The notes under the pieces are model-generated. The model saw only the letters and a program-made list of their open reading frames with translations. It made no database searches and was not told the origin of the DNA. Positions 30,601 through 40,043 of a DNA stretch of 64,000 nt are shown here, one piece after another. How positions within the stretch are numbered: position 1 is the stretch's first letter; every line of letters starts with the position of its first letter. The position numbers were made by a program, and so were the translations under genes. The DNA lies in NCBI GenBank assembly GCA_918797485.1, contig CAKKNE010000002.1, positions 558,001 through 622,000 of the forward strand, given 5' to 3'. The stretch is from Pelagomonas calceolata (lineage: Eukaryota).

Positions 30601-30661
30601 GGACAAGGTGCACCTCGCGCCGCTCGTCGACCAGCTGCTGTTCATGGAGGAGTCGCTTTAG
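27644..30661 (+). CDS. NIMA-related Ser/Thr kinase (NEK1/3/4/5-like) with long coiled-coil tail
   Basis: LGEGAFGKV, HPNIVAY, YCDGGDL, LHRDLKTQNIFL, GDLG, IGTPYYMSPE, PYNHKSDIWALGC. Has the NEK1-type C-terminal helical motif. Confidence 0.95.
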   Translation: MDQLEPIKVLGEGAFGKVYLMRHRQERTLQCVKVIKIKNIPKKEREACRAEVQLMKRLRHPNIVAYRDSFLARNRESLCIVMTYCDGGDLGNQITQAAKRRRPFTEAKVLHWFVQMALGLHYMHANRVLHRDLKTQNIFLLGNGRLVLGDLGISKVLEGTLDFAQTCIGTPYYMSPEIFKNKPYNHKSDIWALGCVLYECATLNHAFDANSLNGLACKIVRGKYPPVSSRYSKHLSDLVGAMLATQPSQRPTLEAILRRPFVRKHVRGFFADLVRRPSQSIGAGTRAVRAAAVCVAEERSASSPDVDALRAQLEELRMGEVIQQALNPDENSDDDPRKAQRRARERKEQLRREEDRKGAVEQALLRLRKEREARLRDRERLREEAERRRRREEARQRKPRVPRQREWKRPVPRERASRVRASAPDARRERIVEPERRSVDQRRRDQRRDDEARRVRELERWENKQRAAAAERKRRVEAARPPNNGAARREVERAREADRARDNGARREAERAREADRARDNDAARRDRARDAERARQREIVEKLKADKLELDEAEARRQARVRQAAAAERRRAEADLLREQEEAAERRRVEAELLREQERRLAARLEAAKKAPPASPRVAEAKNLHDPSLAAKHAFSPRNDGLNARDRVLMRKRAAQEARERELNQALAEARQESAEQAQQAKAWGDAQYRSSMDSKLPRRPPNSPRRPPATPPRSPPMSPEAKVASPTRWASPSPRRPAASPSPRRPPMTPDTPEPRRLTPDTPPQCPPTRDGPPTRDDDADLVLDSESEDEEAAIGFAVAAPEHIEDAEQDIQKREDELRAELELTSQRCEELRKSLHDTKARMAARDAAPVEDESEDEGPAVGVLNAVVEEDESDDEAPVRVVPQSPPRVLESPRTPHNNLADAPSPSGRLEQRLQILKERCIGQMGARQFRRAYDYLKSVQDADDDALDYDVDDAGLEIGGDAYDEQADAETQAKLLAILGPDKVHLAPLVDQLLFMEESL

Positions 30662-30682
30662 TAGTAGTAAGTACACATATCA

Positions 30683-33600
30683 CTATTTTACGTACACGTT
30701 CGCGAAGACCGGCGGCGCGTGGTGCTCGCGGTGGTCGCGCTCCATCCGCGCGATTTTGCGCGCGTGCTGGCGCGCCTCGGCCTCGACGTGGGTGCGCGCG
30801 AGCTGCTTCATCGTCGGCTTCTTGTCGAAGAACTCCCGGATCGAGGGCGGGTCCACGCCGTCGCTCGATTGTGACCCCGAGATGACCTGCCAGAACTGGT
30901 CGAAGGTCATGAGCCCTTCCTCGTGGCCGAATGTGTCACCAATCGCCGCAAGCGAGTCGACGGCGCAGGCCCGGTGGAGACCGCACTTGCGGAACAATCG
31001 AGCGGAGGGCAGCCTCACATGGGGCGCCTCGTGGCGATCGATCCCGTTGGCGTCGCCGACGACGTGCGCGGAGAACAGCCGCCACGCCATGTGCCTCAGA
31101 TATCTCAAATCCTCGTCCTCCATTTCATCTTCAATCAAGCCCACCCAGGGCGGCGCGAGGATGGCCAGGGCGTCGGCCCGCCGTTTCAACACGCCCTTGC
31201 CCGCCGCCGACTTGAGGAAGTGCTCGACGTCGGCGGTCGCGAAGGCCGACAGCACCGCGCATCTATGTAAAATCGCCGCGTGGTGGGGCTTCACCACGTG
31301 CTCTTCGACGCCGAGGTGTTCACGGGCTATGACATCGCGAGCCGAGTCGCGGGCGTCCGACCGCGCATGCGCCAGAATGCTCTGCAACGCGCAATGTCGC
31401 GGCGCCGCGGCCTTCGGGTTCATTATCCTCAAAACGTTGCGCGTCAAGGCAAGAGCGTGGGCTTTGGCGCACCACGCGTCGAACTCGGCTCGCGAGCAGC
31501 GCGAGGCGTCTGGGGCGCGGCCACCCCGGTCCTTGACGTCGTCGTGATGCACGGCGAGCGACAGCAACAAACTCATCTTGCGCTTCGCGAGGCGCCCCAA
31601 CTCCTTCTTCGCCGCCTTGTCGCCGCCCGGGTGGAGGAGCTTGCGGACGGCGGAGTCCTTGATGGCCGCGCGGTGCGCCAGGAGCTCGGGGTCGGCCACG
31701 ACGCGCGTCGGCGCGAGCGCAGCACTTACATCTCCTTCGAGCGGCACGCCACGCTCCTTTATCAATCGATGGACGACGCGGCTCAGCTCCGCCCGGTCGA
31801 CCGTGTTGTCCTTGGTTCGCGCATGGTCCGACCATACATCGTCGATCGCGATCGCCGCCGCGGGGGGCAGACCGTCGACCGCCGGCAGCCCGGCCGACCG
31901 CCGGCGCGCGATGATCTCCTCCTCCCGCTTCCGCAGGGCCCGCTGGCCCGCCGCCGTTGCGAGGAAGCGTCGGGCGTCCGCTTCGGCGTGGTACGCCGCG
32001 CGCTCCAACTTACGGCGCGCCGCCTCGGTGGCGTCGCCGGGGCCCTTATTTTCCTCGGCGTGTGCCGCCCGGACGAGGTCGCCCACGAAGGAGTAGTTCT
32101 TCGCGTGGCGCGCCTCGGCAAACGCGACGAGGCCCTCGTTAACGCGCTTCGCGGCCGCTCGCTCCGCGCGGCGCTCCGCGGCCAGCGCCTGGCGCAGCTT
32201 GAGGGCCGCCTCGACGCGGGCCGCCAGCACGGCCCGATCTAACTCCGAGCCCGGCTTGACGTCGCGCCACCCTTGCTGTAATCGCTCCGGGCGGTGCGCG
32301 ACCAGGAACCTCTTCAGCACGGGCCACGACACCTCGGCCTTGCCCGGCGCGGCGTCGCGCGTCGCGACCAGCGCCTCGGGCCACGTTTGACAGCAACCAA
32401 ACGCCAGCAGGAACTTCGGGCAGGCCTCGTGCGTATCTAAAACGCCCGAGTGCTCGACGTCGAACCAGGCGAAGACGTACGCCGCCTCTTCCAGCGCCGC
32501 GTCCTCCTTCGATAAAGACGTCGCGCGGGCGAAGTAGTGGTCGCGCATGGCCTCGTGGTTGCACGCGTCCCACTCGAGGCGCGCGAGGCCCCGCCGCGTC
32601 GACGACAATATTCTAACTTTGTGCTCGGCGTCGCGGCAGGCGTGCGCCCGCAAACACGCGTTCTCGACCAAGTGGTCGAGGGCGTTCCGCCGCGCGCGCC
32701 GCAGGTCGTCCGTCACGTCGTGCGCGCGATGCCGGTCGCGTGCCCGATGCCGCGCGCGCGCGATGAGGGACATGGTCGCGTCGATCGTGCGCTCTTGCAC
32801 CAGGCCCTTCCGCTGACACAAATACGTGACGACGTCGTCCGTTGCCACCAAGCCGTCCTTACGGTCGAACATCCAGGCGTGGTCCGCCTCACTCAAGTCG
32901 CCCGTCGCGTATTTTATGAGTTCTGGGAGGTCCCGGCCATCCACGACACCGTCGCTGCCCGCGTCGAAGCACCGCGCCGCCGAGGCCGCCAGTTTCTCAT
33001 CTTCGGTGCCGCCGTCCTCGAGCCAGGCCGCGGCCTGGAGCCGCGCCGCCTCGAACACCAAAGCGTCCCTGCCGTGCGGTGTCGTCAGCATCTCGCGGCA
33101 CTCGTCCTCAAGGCGCTGCTCGGCCTCAGCTAAAATCTTCTCGGCCTCGCGCTGCGACACGGCGCCGTCCTGGGGCTGCTGCGCCGGCGCCGGCGCCCCG
33201 GGCGCGTCCTCCTCCTCGTCGCTCGACATGTCGTCGAGGTTCATGCGCTCCGGCGCGACCTTGGTCGTGCGCTTCTTCTTCTCCTGGCCCTTGCGCACGA
33301 GCGCCGCGGCCGCCGCGACGCACCGCGCCTCGCCCTCGTCGTCGGCCCGCGCGCGCCGGTCGACCGCGGCAGCTGAGAGGTGCCTCAGATCGTGGGCCTT
33401 GAGCTGGTCCTCGTCGAAGCCGACGTCCCGGAGCGGCGGTCGTTCCCCCCGAAAGTCGCGCCGCGCCGCCGCGCGCGCCGCGGCCTCGGCGCGCCGCGCG
33501 AGCACGTCCTTGGCGAGCGCGCGGACCGTGTCGGGGGTTTTAAGAGCAGTCGTCGAGAGGCCCGTCGACCGCCCGCCCGTGCGCCACCACGTGATCAACT

Positions 33601-36600
33601 CATTGGCTGTCACTAAGATATCGGCGCCCGGCCACGCTTCTTTCAGCGCGAGCACGGCGCGCGCGGCCGCCGCCGCCATCTCGTCCGCGTCGCGCCACTT
33701 CAATGAACCGGGCTCGACGTCGCCGGCCCGCATGGCGCGGAAGAGGCCCCGCACGCATCTGGAATCAAGCAGCCCCTTGGCGTCGAGCGCGTCCACGATG
33801 TCGCGCAGCTCCGCCTCGGCCTTCAGACGCTTCTTGATGACCGCCCGCAGGCCCCGGATCACGAAACCGAGCTCCTTCTTTGCCGCCGGGTCCTCGTCGA
33901 GCGCGTGGCGCGCTTGGGCATAAGCGTCGCGGCCCGCCGCATCCACCACACGCTCCTCATCTTCCAAACGGCTCAGCTCCCGTAGACAATTCGCGCGCGC
34001 GCGGTGCTCCTTCGCGCTGACCACAATCGACTTCATGTGGAAGGGGAAGGCCCGCTTCCGCGTCTTTTTTTCCTCGGCGGTGTGCGGCCGCGCGTGCGCG
34101 TGGCTCGCCGAGCAGTTCCCAAACCGATCAAAGTGCTTGACGAAGTCCCGCTGCAAGGCGAAGGTCGCGTGGCAGGCGCCGCAGGCGAAGCGTGGGTGGC
34201 CCAGGTCCTCGCGTAGACCGTTCACGGCCCGGCGCGCCGCGCGCCGCGCCGCGTCCCGTCTAGCTTCCCCGGCGGCACGCCTTCGGATAGCAGCTGCTAA
34301 ATCAATCTTGGGCTTCTTGGCGAAGAGGCGCTTCAAGAAACTTAAACGAGGCTTCCGTCTCTTCCCATTCGTCGCGAGCCAGTGCGCAAAGTCCGGGAAC
34401 GTGATCTCCGCCTTGCCGCCCAATTCCCCAAACGCGGCCGCGACGTCCGACTCGTTTTGCGACAGGCCCGCCGCCGCGAGCGCCTCTTCAAGGTTTTCGC
34501 TCTTCATCACGGTCCCGTCGTGCGCGCCGGCCGCGAAGGCCTCCCTCGCTTTCTTCTCTTCAATATCTTCCGTCGCGGCGTCGTCGTCGTCGTCCGCGCG
34601 TAATCTAGCAGCCCAGAACTTCAGGGCGGGACCGGATGAGGAAGGCGCCTCCAACTTCAGCGCGGTCCTTAACTCCGCGAGCGCCGCGGCCCGCTTCACT
34701 AGCTTCCGCTCCGCGGCGAGGCGCGCCGCCTCCGCTTTGACAAGCTCGCGCTCGCGGATGCGCGCGCGCGCGCGGGCTCTCGCTCTTCTAGCGACGGTCT
34801 GCGCCATCGTCGCGGCCTTGAGCCGTCTCGCGCGGTAGCGCGCGAGCTCGTCCGCGAAGGCCGCTCTCCCACAACCGCCGCGCCACACTCTTTGAATCGT
34901 CGTCGCGCCCCAGATGCGGCCCCGCCGTATCCTCGCTCTTATTTTAGCAATGCACCTTTTCATGAAGAACGCGAGCTTCCAGCGCAGCTCCCGCTCCCTT
35001 CGTATCAAAAACGCGATTCGGCGCGCCTTCCGGCCCCGCTCGCACCGCTCCAGATGAATGGCGTTGTTCCACCTTCTTGCATACCACCTCCTACAAGGCT
35101 TCTGGGCGAAGACGGCCGCCGCGTAGAGGCGTCTGTGATAGCGCCGGTTCCGGTTTCTTACTGTACTCCCTCGATATAAGGCTTTGCATTTAGTGAAGGC
35201 GTCGCCCAGCAACTCGTGGTGCCTCCGGTAATACCTCTGGATCCGTTTCAGAGCTTTGATCGCGAAGGCATCATAAACAAACACGTCCTGCGCGTTCACT
35301 TTGCCTGGTGGCCCCTCGGTGAAGCGCGCCTTCTCGTACAGCGAAGCCGCTTTGCCGAAATGTTGATACGCGTCGACGGAGTTGCCCTGCTGCGCGTGCC
35401 ACTCGCCGACGGCCTGCTCCCACTTCGCCCTCCTCCGCAGATCCGCGTCCTGCAGGTGGCGCGTCTCCAATTCGTTAGACGTGCCGTCCTCGCCGCCGTC
35501 GAAGGCGACGATGGCCCCCGGCAGTCCTTGTTGTAAATCAGCATGACAATAAACGCTTTCCGACGACAATGGAGGCGCTAATACGGAGTTGACGCGGTCG
35601 CGGTGCAAATCGTTCCCCAGGTTCGTGGCGATGGTGTGCGCCAACCTCAATTCCATCTCCGAACTGACGGCGATGGGGTCCAGCTCCCGATTATCACCGA
35701 CAATCTCCAAATCTTCCCCGTCCAAGTCCTTGGCCGCCTCTCTAGCTTCCCTAATAGCCTCGGCTGTTAATCTACCTTCATGTCTCACTTCATCCACTTC
35801 AAGCCGTCGAGCTGGATCGCGATCAATGAACCCCTTGAACTCCTCGCAGACCGCATCGGGGATGGCCGGCTTTCTGGATTCGTGGAACTTCTCGAGGGCT
35901 AGGGAAGGGTCCTCGTTCTCGTTCTCAAACCGCTCGAGCGCGCCCTCCGCCGCCAATTGCGCCTGCGCGTCTCCAGACAGCATGACCTGCTCCTCGACGA
36001 GCGCCATTTTTGGCGCCTTTGGTTGATCATATTTTTCGACCTCATGATACAACGCCTTCGCGAAGTCGTCGCGAAATGCCGCGCCCTGCGCCTTTAAAGT
36101 AGCGAGGAACGCGTCCCGATCGTCCGCCTCCCTTGCTAAATGAATGACGAAGGCCACGAGATCTTCATCGCTCTCGCCCGCCTCCTCGGTCAACATCTCG
36201 TGGACCTTCCGATCCAAGGCGTCCTCCAGGAGATGGCTGACACGGTCATCTACCACATCGTCCTCATCCGAGACGTCGTCCGTGCTCGGCTCGGGCGACA
36301 CCACCGCCGAAGCCTTGCGCTTCTTGCCGAGCGCGAGCGTCGCCGCGTCCTCGTCAGGAACCCCAAGGGCGTTCGCGAGCGCCGGCGTCACCTCCATGCG
36401 GTACTCCTCTATTTCAGTATTGGCCTTGGCCTTCTTCACGACCTTGCCAAGATGGTCGACCGTCGCGTCGTCGACCGGCTCGACGTCCGGCCACTCTTCT
36501 TCAATCTTGCGCCTTATCTTAGTCAAACGCTTCTCCGCGATTTCTGCCGGCGAGGGCGGCGGCGTCGGCGGCTTCACGGGTTTCACAGGTTGGGCATACG

Positions 36601-36895
36601 GGGTCGTGGATAAATGATCGGCGATGAGTGCTCTGGTGCGATCCCTGGGCTTCACGAACCGATTAAAGTGCGTGATGCTTCGCAATCGCACCGCGGGCCA
36701 GTCCGGCCAGGGCAGCTGGTCCATCGTGACCTCGTATTGCGGCGCGTCGCTGATACTGGGTTTGTGCTGCGGGCTCTCCATGATCACGTCCGCGTCGAGG
36801 TTCGTGACCGGACTTCTAAATAAAGTCGTGGCCAGGGGGTCCTCGGAGGGGCTCCTTGTTGTTACGGGGGCAGCATTACTTGGTGTGAGGGCCAT
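30683..36895 (-). CDS. Large (~2070 aa) protein with IQ motifs, degenerate EF-hands, a C2H2-like finger and a PWI-like segment
   Basis: IQRYYRRH, TIQRVWRGGCGR (IQ); FDAGSDGVVDGRDL, FDVEHSGVLDTHE (EF-hand-like); FACGACHATF...DFVKH; DLVAFVIHLA...FLATLKAQGAAF. Confidence 0.7.
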   Translation of the reverse strand: MALTPSNAAPVTTRSPSEDPLATTLFRSPVTNLDADVIMESPQHKPSISDAPQYEVTMDQLPWPDWPAVRLRSITHFNRFVKPRDRTRALIADHLSTTPYAQPVKPVKPPTPPPSPAEIAEKRLTKIRRKIEEEWPDVEPVDDATVDHLGKVVKKAKANTEIEEYRMEVTPALANALGVPDEDAATLALGKKRKASAVVSPEPSTDDVSDEDDVVDDRVSHLLEDALDRKVHEMLTEEAGESDEDLVAFVIHLAREADDRDAFLATLKAQGAAFRDDFAKALYHEVEKYDQPKAPKMALVEEQVMLSGDAQAQLAAEGALERFENENEDPSLALEKFHESRKPAIPDAVCEEFKGFIDRDPARRLEVDEVRHEGRLTAEAIREAREAAKDLDGEDLEIVGDNRELDPIAVSSEMELRLAHTIATNLGNDLHRDRVNSVLAPPLSSESVYCHADLQQGLPGAIVAFDGGEDGTSNELETRHLQDADLRRRAKWEQAVGEWHAQQGNSVDAYQHFGKAASLYEKARFTEGPPGKVNAQDVFVYDAFAIKALKRIQRYYRRHHELLGDAFTKCKALYRGSTVRNRNRRYHRRLYAAAVFAQKPCRRWYARRWNNAIHLERCERGRKARRIAFLIRRERELRWKLAFFMKRCIAKIRARIRRGRIWGATTIQRVWRGGCGRAAFADELARYRARRLKAATMAQTVARRARARARARIRERELVKAEAARLAAERKLVKRAAALAELRTALKLEAPSSSGPALKFWAARLRADDDDDAATEDIEEKKAREAFAAGAHDGTVMKSENLEEALAAAGLSQNESDVAAAFGELGGKAEITFPDFAHWLATNGKRRKPRLSFLKRLFAKKPKIDLAAAIRRRAAGEARRDAARRAARRAVNGLREDLGHPRFACGACHATFALQRDFVKHFDRFGNCSASHAHARPHTAEEKKTRKRAFPFHMKSIVVSAKEHRARANCLRELSRLEDEERVVDAAGRDAYAQARHALDEDPAAKKELGFVIRGLRAVIKKRLKAEAELRDIVDALDAKGLLDSRCVRGLFRAMRAGDVEPGSLKWRDADEMAAAAARAVLALKEAWPGADILVTANELITWWRTGGRSTGLSTTALKTPDTVRALAKDVLARRAEAAARAAARRDFRGERPPLRDVGFDEDQLKAHDLRHLSAAAVDRRARADDEGEARCVAAAAALVRKGQEKKKRTTKVAPERMNLDDMSSDEEEDAPGAPAPAQQPQDGAVSQREAEKILAEAEQRLEDECREMLTTPHGRDALVFEAARLQAAAWLEDGGTEDEKLAASAARCFDAGSDGVVDGRDLPELIKYATGDLSEADHAWMFDRKDGLVATDDVVTYLCQRKGLVQERTIDATMSLIARARHRARDRHRAHDVTDDLRRARRNALDHLVENACLRAHACRDAEHKVRILSSTRRGLARLEWDACNHEAMRDHYFARATSLSKEDAALEEAAYVFAWFDVEHSGVLDTHEACPKFLLAFGCCQTWPEALVATRDAAPGKAEVSWPVLKRFLVAHRPERLQQGWRDVKPGSELDRAVLAARVEAALKLRQALAAERRAERAAAKRVNEGLVAFAEARHAKNYSFVGDLVRAAHAEENKGPGDATEAARRKLERAAYHAEADARRFLATAAGQRALRKREEEIIARRRSAGLPAVDGLPPAAAIAIDDVWSDHARTKDNTVDRAELSRVVHRLIKERGVPLEGDVSAALAPTRVVADPELLAHRAAIKDSAVRKLLHPGGDKAAKKELGRLAKRKMSLLLSLAVHHDDVKDRGGRAPDASRCSRAEFDAWCAKAHALALTRNVLRIMNPKAAAPRHCALQSILAHARSDARDSARDVIAREHLGVEEHVVKPHHAAILHRCAVLSAFATADVEHFLKSAAGKGVLKRRADALAILAPPWVGLIEDEMEDEDLRYLRHMAWRLFSAHVVGDANGIDRHEAPHVRLPSARLFRKCGLHRACAVDSLAAIGDTFGHEEGLMTFDQFWQVISGSQSSDGVDPPSIREFFDKKPTMKQLARTHVEAEARQHARKIARMERDHREHHAPPVFANVYVK

Positions 36896-37033
36896 GGCTG
36901 CCTGTGAACCAAGGGTTGTTAGCACAACGCCTCGGGCAGCCCCCGGTGGGCCAGGAGTGCCTCGCGGGCAGCAGCTCCGGCCCCGGGTCGCGCGTCACGG
37001 CGCCCAGGCGCAACGAGCTTGTAGCGCTGAATG

Positions 37034-37053
37034 CTAGTGTGTCAGTACGCTAG
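37034..37053 (+). promoter_or_regulatory. Recurrent upstream element CTAGTGTGTCAGTACGCTAG
   Basis: Lies midway between divergent starts 36895(-) and 37203(+). Confidence 0.55.
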
Positions 37054-37202
37054 CTCGCGCTTTCTCCTTGCTATCGGTAGCATAGGTCTGCGCGGCTGCG
37101 CACTGGCCACAGGCATCGATAGCAAAGCGCTGCTCTCGGTCTGCGGGCTAGATCCCTACATCTGCAGCACTTGGTATCAAGAGCTGAGACGCTCGCTGCG
37201 CG

Positions 37203-39719
37203 ATGGCGCGCGAGATGGAGCGACAAGTCAAGGACGCCATGGACCACTGCCTCGAGAAACTCGCGAATAGGTGCGCGGTCGTCGACGCCGGAAAAGACCA
37301 CGCCGCATTCCCGCGCGAGGGCCTGTGTTTTTTGAGAGTGACGGGCAGCCAACAAAGAAAAATACTGTGGCCCGCCTGGCTCTTATCAAAGGGCCTGGCC
37401 GTCTCAAACGACGACAAAAGAAAAATTGTCTGTTACGGGAGCGGCTGGCAACTGGAAGTTAACATAGAGGAACTGGTCGAGTACGACCCGTCGCTGACGT
37501 ACAAGTACAAGCGGTTAGGTGGTGGTTTGTATGCCGAGGCCTTTGTGGAAGCCGAGGCGCGACGGAGTTTAGGTGAAGACGAAGATGAACAAAAGGCGTT
37601 TTCCGAGCTCGTGACCCAGAACCTGGAAGCGTGTAGGGATCCGGTCCTGTTAGGCAGGTTATATGCGGAACATCTGCGGCGCATCGAGGAGATCCCGTCG
37701 GACAATGATTTGTTGGTCGTGCGGTGGCGGACCGACCTCGGAGAAGACTGGTGGCCCGCAAAAGTCATAAAAACGGTTGAGGATAATGTGGAGGTCGTGT
37801 ACACGGGTTATGAAGGTGATGATGGGAGCGAGACCATCGAGCTGGGCGGCGACCTGTGGACGGCGGACGTGCGCTGTTTGGGCGACGACCGCGAGCCCGT
37901 TTTTGATGCGAGGGATGCGGCGTTATTGGATGGCGGGGATTTTGGGGACATGGCCGTCGAGGCGGAGGACGACGATGAGGAATATAAGCGGTACAAGACG
38001 GACTCGGAGGAGGACTTGTATGATGATAATGGGATTCAAATCGCGCGGAAGAAGCGCAAGAAGGGGCAGGATGACAAAGGCTCCGAGAAGAAGGCTAAGA
38101 AGGCGCCTCGAAAAAAGCGCGAGGCGCGAATGCGGCCCAAGAAGGTGCACCTCGCGTCGGAGATCGCCATCCGGCGCGCGCAGTGGTCCGTGGGCGCGCG
38201 GGCGCCGGCCGTCGTCAACAAGCCGCCGCCACAACAGGCCGAACCTGTTGAAGACGACTCCATCCCGCGCTGGAAGCGCGCTTTATTAGCCGCGGCGCCG
38301 CCGCCCGCGCCGGCGCGCCGGCCGGCGTCGACACGCGCCGCCGAAGACGACGACTCCGGCAAACAAAAGCGGAGCACGCTCGCGAACAAGCGCGCCAAGG
38401 CGCCGCGGCCCTCCGCTTTAGAATTGCTGGGCGCCATTCGCGCGCCGACGGAGAGCTTGGGAAACGCGCCCAAGGCCGCCGTCGCGACGCAGAACGACTC
38501 GCGCAACGCCGCGACCGAGGCGGCGCGCGACCGGGCCCGCGAGGTCGAGGCGGCCATGTTGAGAGCCGGCCGCGGCGTCGCGCCGCCCCCGGCGCCGCCG
38601 CCCGCGCCCGCGCCCGCGCGCAAGGGCGCAGAAATCGACGACTTCCACGTCGACGAGTTCGAGGCCGGGCGCCGCCGCGCGCCTTCATCGAAGTCCGACC
38701 TGCCGACCTACCAGCGGCCCAACGCCTCGAAGCCCCTGCCGCCGGGCTGGACGGCGAAGTGGTCCGCGCGCAAGCAGATGTACTACTACACGCACAAGGC
38801 CAAGGGTTTAACCAGGTGGACGCCGCCGCGCGAGGAGACCGCGAAGTCGCCCCGTAAAAAAAAACCGGCGCCGGCGCCTCCATCGAACGACGACGCCCTG
38901 AAGCGCGCGCGCGCGACGCTCGCGGCGCTCGAGGGCTCGCTGCCCGACTCCGCGCCGCCCGTCCCGGCGGACGCGCTCGCCGCCGCGGCCGCCGCGAGCC
39001 GCTGGGACGCGCCGCCGCCCGACGCCCAGGGCGCCGCGGCGCAGCGGTACGTCGAGCAGCAGCGCCGCTACGACGCGCCGGCCGGCGGCTTCGCGCCGGC
39101 GCCGCCTGCCGCCCCGGGGTGGCGCCCGCAGCCGCGCGCGCCGCGGCCCGGCGAGGTCGTGCGGGAATTATCCGTCCCGAGCCAACACGTCGGTCTCGTC
39201 GTCGGCAAGGGCGGCGCGAACTTGGACAGAATGAGGAGATTGTACGGCGGCGTCGACACCCGCCTCGGACAGGCCGACGAGCCGGGCACGGCGCCACCGC
39301 AGCGGCGCGTCGCGTTCACGGGCATGGCGCCGGACGTCGACAGGGCCATGGCAGACGTCGCGGGGCTCATGCGCCAGCGCGGCGCCGCGGCGACGCCGGT
39401 CAACGCCGGCGCGCCGTCCCAGGACCCACGCATCGCCGCCGCGATGCGGGCGGCGGCCGCCTTCTCCGCGCCGCCGCCCCCGCCGGCCGCGCCCGCGCCG
39501 TGGGTGAACCCCCTCGCGCCCGGCGGCGCCGACGCGGCCGTGACGCAGCTCCTGATGGAGGCCGACCTCAGTACGCGTCCCGGGTTCGCGCCGCAGCCCC
39601 CGCCGCCGAGCGGTTTTGCGCCCGCGCCGCCGTTCGGCGGTTACGCGCCGGCGCCGCCGAACCCGCGCGGCGGCGAGCGCCGGCCCCCGGGCCACTCGGG
39701 GCCCTACCGGCGGAACTAG
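37203..39719 (+). CDS. Nuclear multidomain protein: PWWP-like, Tudor-like, WW and KH domains
   Basis: ILWPAWL; WWPAKVIK...VEVVYTGY; PLPPGWTAKWS....YYY.......RWTPP; LSVP..HVGLVVGKGG (KH GxxG loop); Lys-rich NLS. Confidence 0.75.
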   Translation: MAREMERQVKDAMDHCLEKLANRCAVVDAGKDHAAFPREGLCFLRVTGSQQRKILWPAWLLSKGLAVSNDDKRKIVCYGSGWQLEVNIEELVEYDPSLTYKYKRLGGGLYAEAFVEAEARRSLGEDEDEQKAFSELVTQNLEACRDPVLLGRLYAEHLRRIEEIPSDNDLLVVRWRTDLGEDWWPAKVIKTVEDNVEVVYTGYEGDDGSETIELGGDLWTADVRCLGDDREPVFDARDAALLDGGDFGDMAVEAEDDDEEYKRYKTDSEEDLYDDNGIQIARKKRKKGQDDKGSEKKAKKAPRKKREARMRPKKVHLASEIAIRRAQWSVGARAPAVVNKPPPQQAEPVEDDSIPRWKRALLAAAPPPAPARRPASTRAAEDDDSGKQKRSTLANKRAKAPRPSALELLGAIRAPTESLGNAPKAAVATQNDSRNAATEAARDRAREVEAAMLRAGRGVAPPPAPPPAPAPARKGAEIDDFHVDEFEAGRRRAPSSKSDLPTYQRPNASKPLPPGWTAKWSARKQMYYYTHKAKGLTRWTPPREETAKSPRKKKPAPAPPSNDDALKRARATLAALEGSLPDSAPPVPADALAAAAAASRWDAPPPDAQGAAAQRYVEQQRRYDAPAGGFAPAPPAAPGWRPQPRAPRPGEVVRELSVPSQHVGLVVGKGGANLDRMRRLYGGVDTRLGQADEPGTAPPQRRVAFTGMAPDVDRAMADVAGLMRQRGAAATPVNAGAPSQDPRIAAAMRAAAAFSAPPPPPAAPAPWVNPLAPGGADAAVTQLLMEADLSTRPGFAPQPPPPSGFAPAPPFGGYAPAPPNPRGGERRPPGHSGPYRRN

Positions 39720-39785
39720 TTCGCGTGTGAAACTGTCGTAATCTTAATCAAACTGGAAGCAGTGCTCCGCGAGATAGCTGCGGGC

Positions 39786-39882
39786 ATTCAGGCTCAGGCT
39801 CAGGCTAGTTACGTCGCAGGGTTCCCATACCCCTCCCGCTCCCCCCGATTCAGGCTCAGGTCAAGTAATTCAGGCTCAGGCT
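39786..39882. repeat. Three dispersed ATTCAGGCTCAGG copies in an intergenic region
   Basis: Copies start at 39786, 39848 and 39868; a CTAGTGG/CCACTAG inverted repeat follows at 39888-39905. Confidence 0.85.
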
Positions 39883-40043
39883 TCGGGCTAGTGGCCCACC
39901 ACTAGCTGCAGACCTCAGCGCCCAGCCTTTGGCAGTAATATAAGCTGGGACACGCCGACATAACAGCGCGGGGCAACACACACGCCCACGACGCCGTCGC
40001 CGCGACGCAGCCCCGAGGCGCCGCAACATAATCGACAGCCAGC

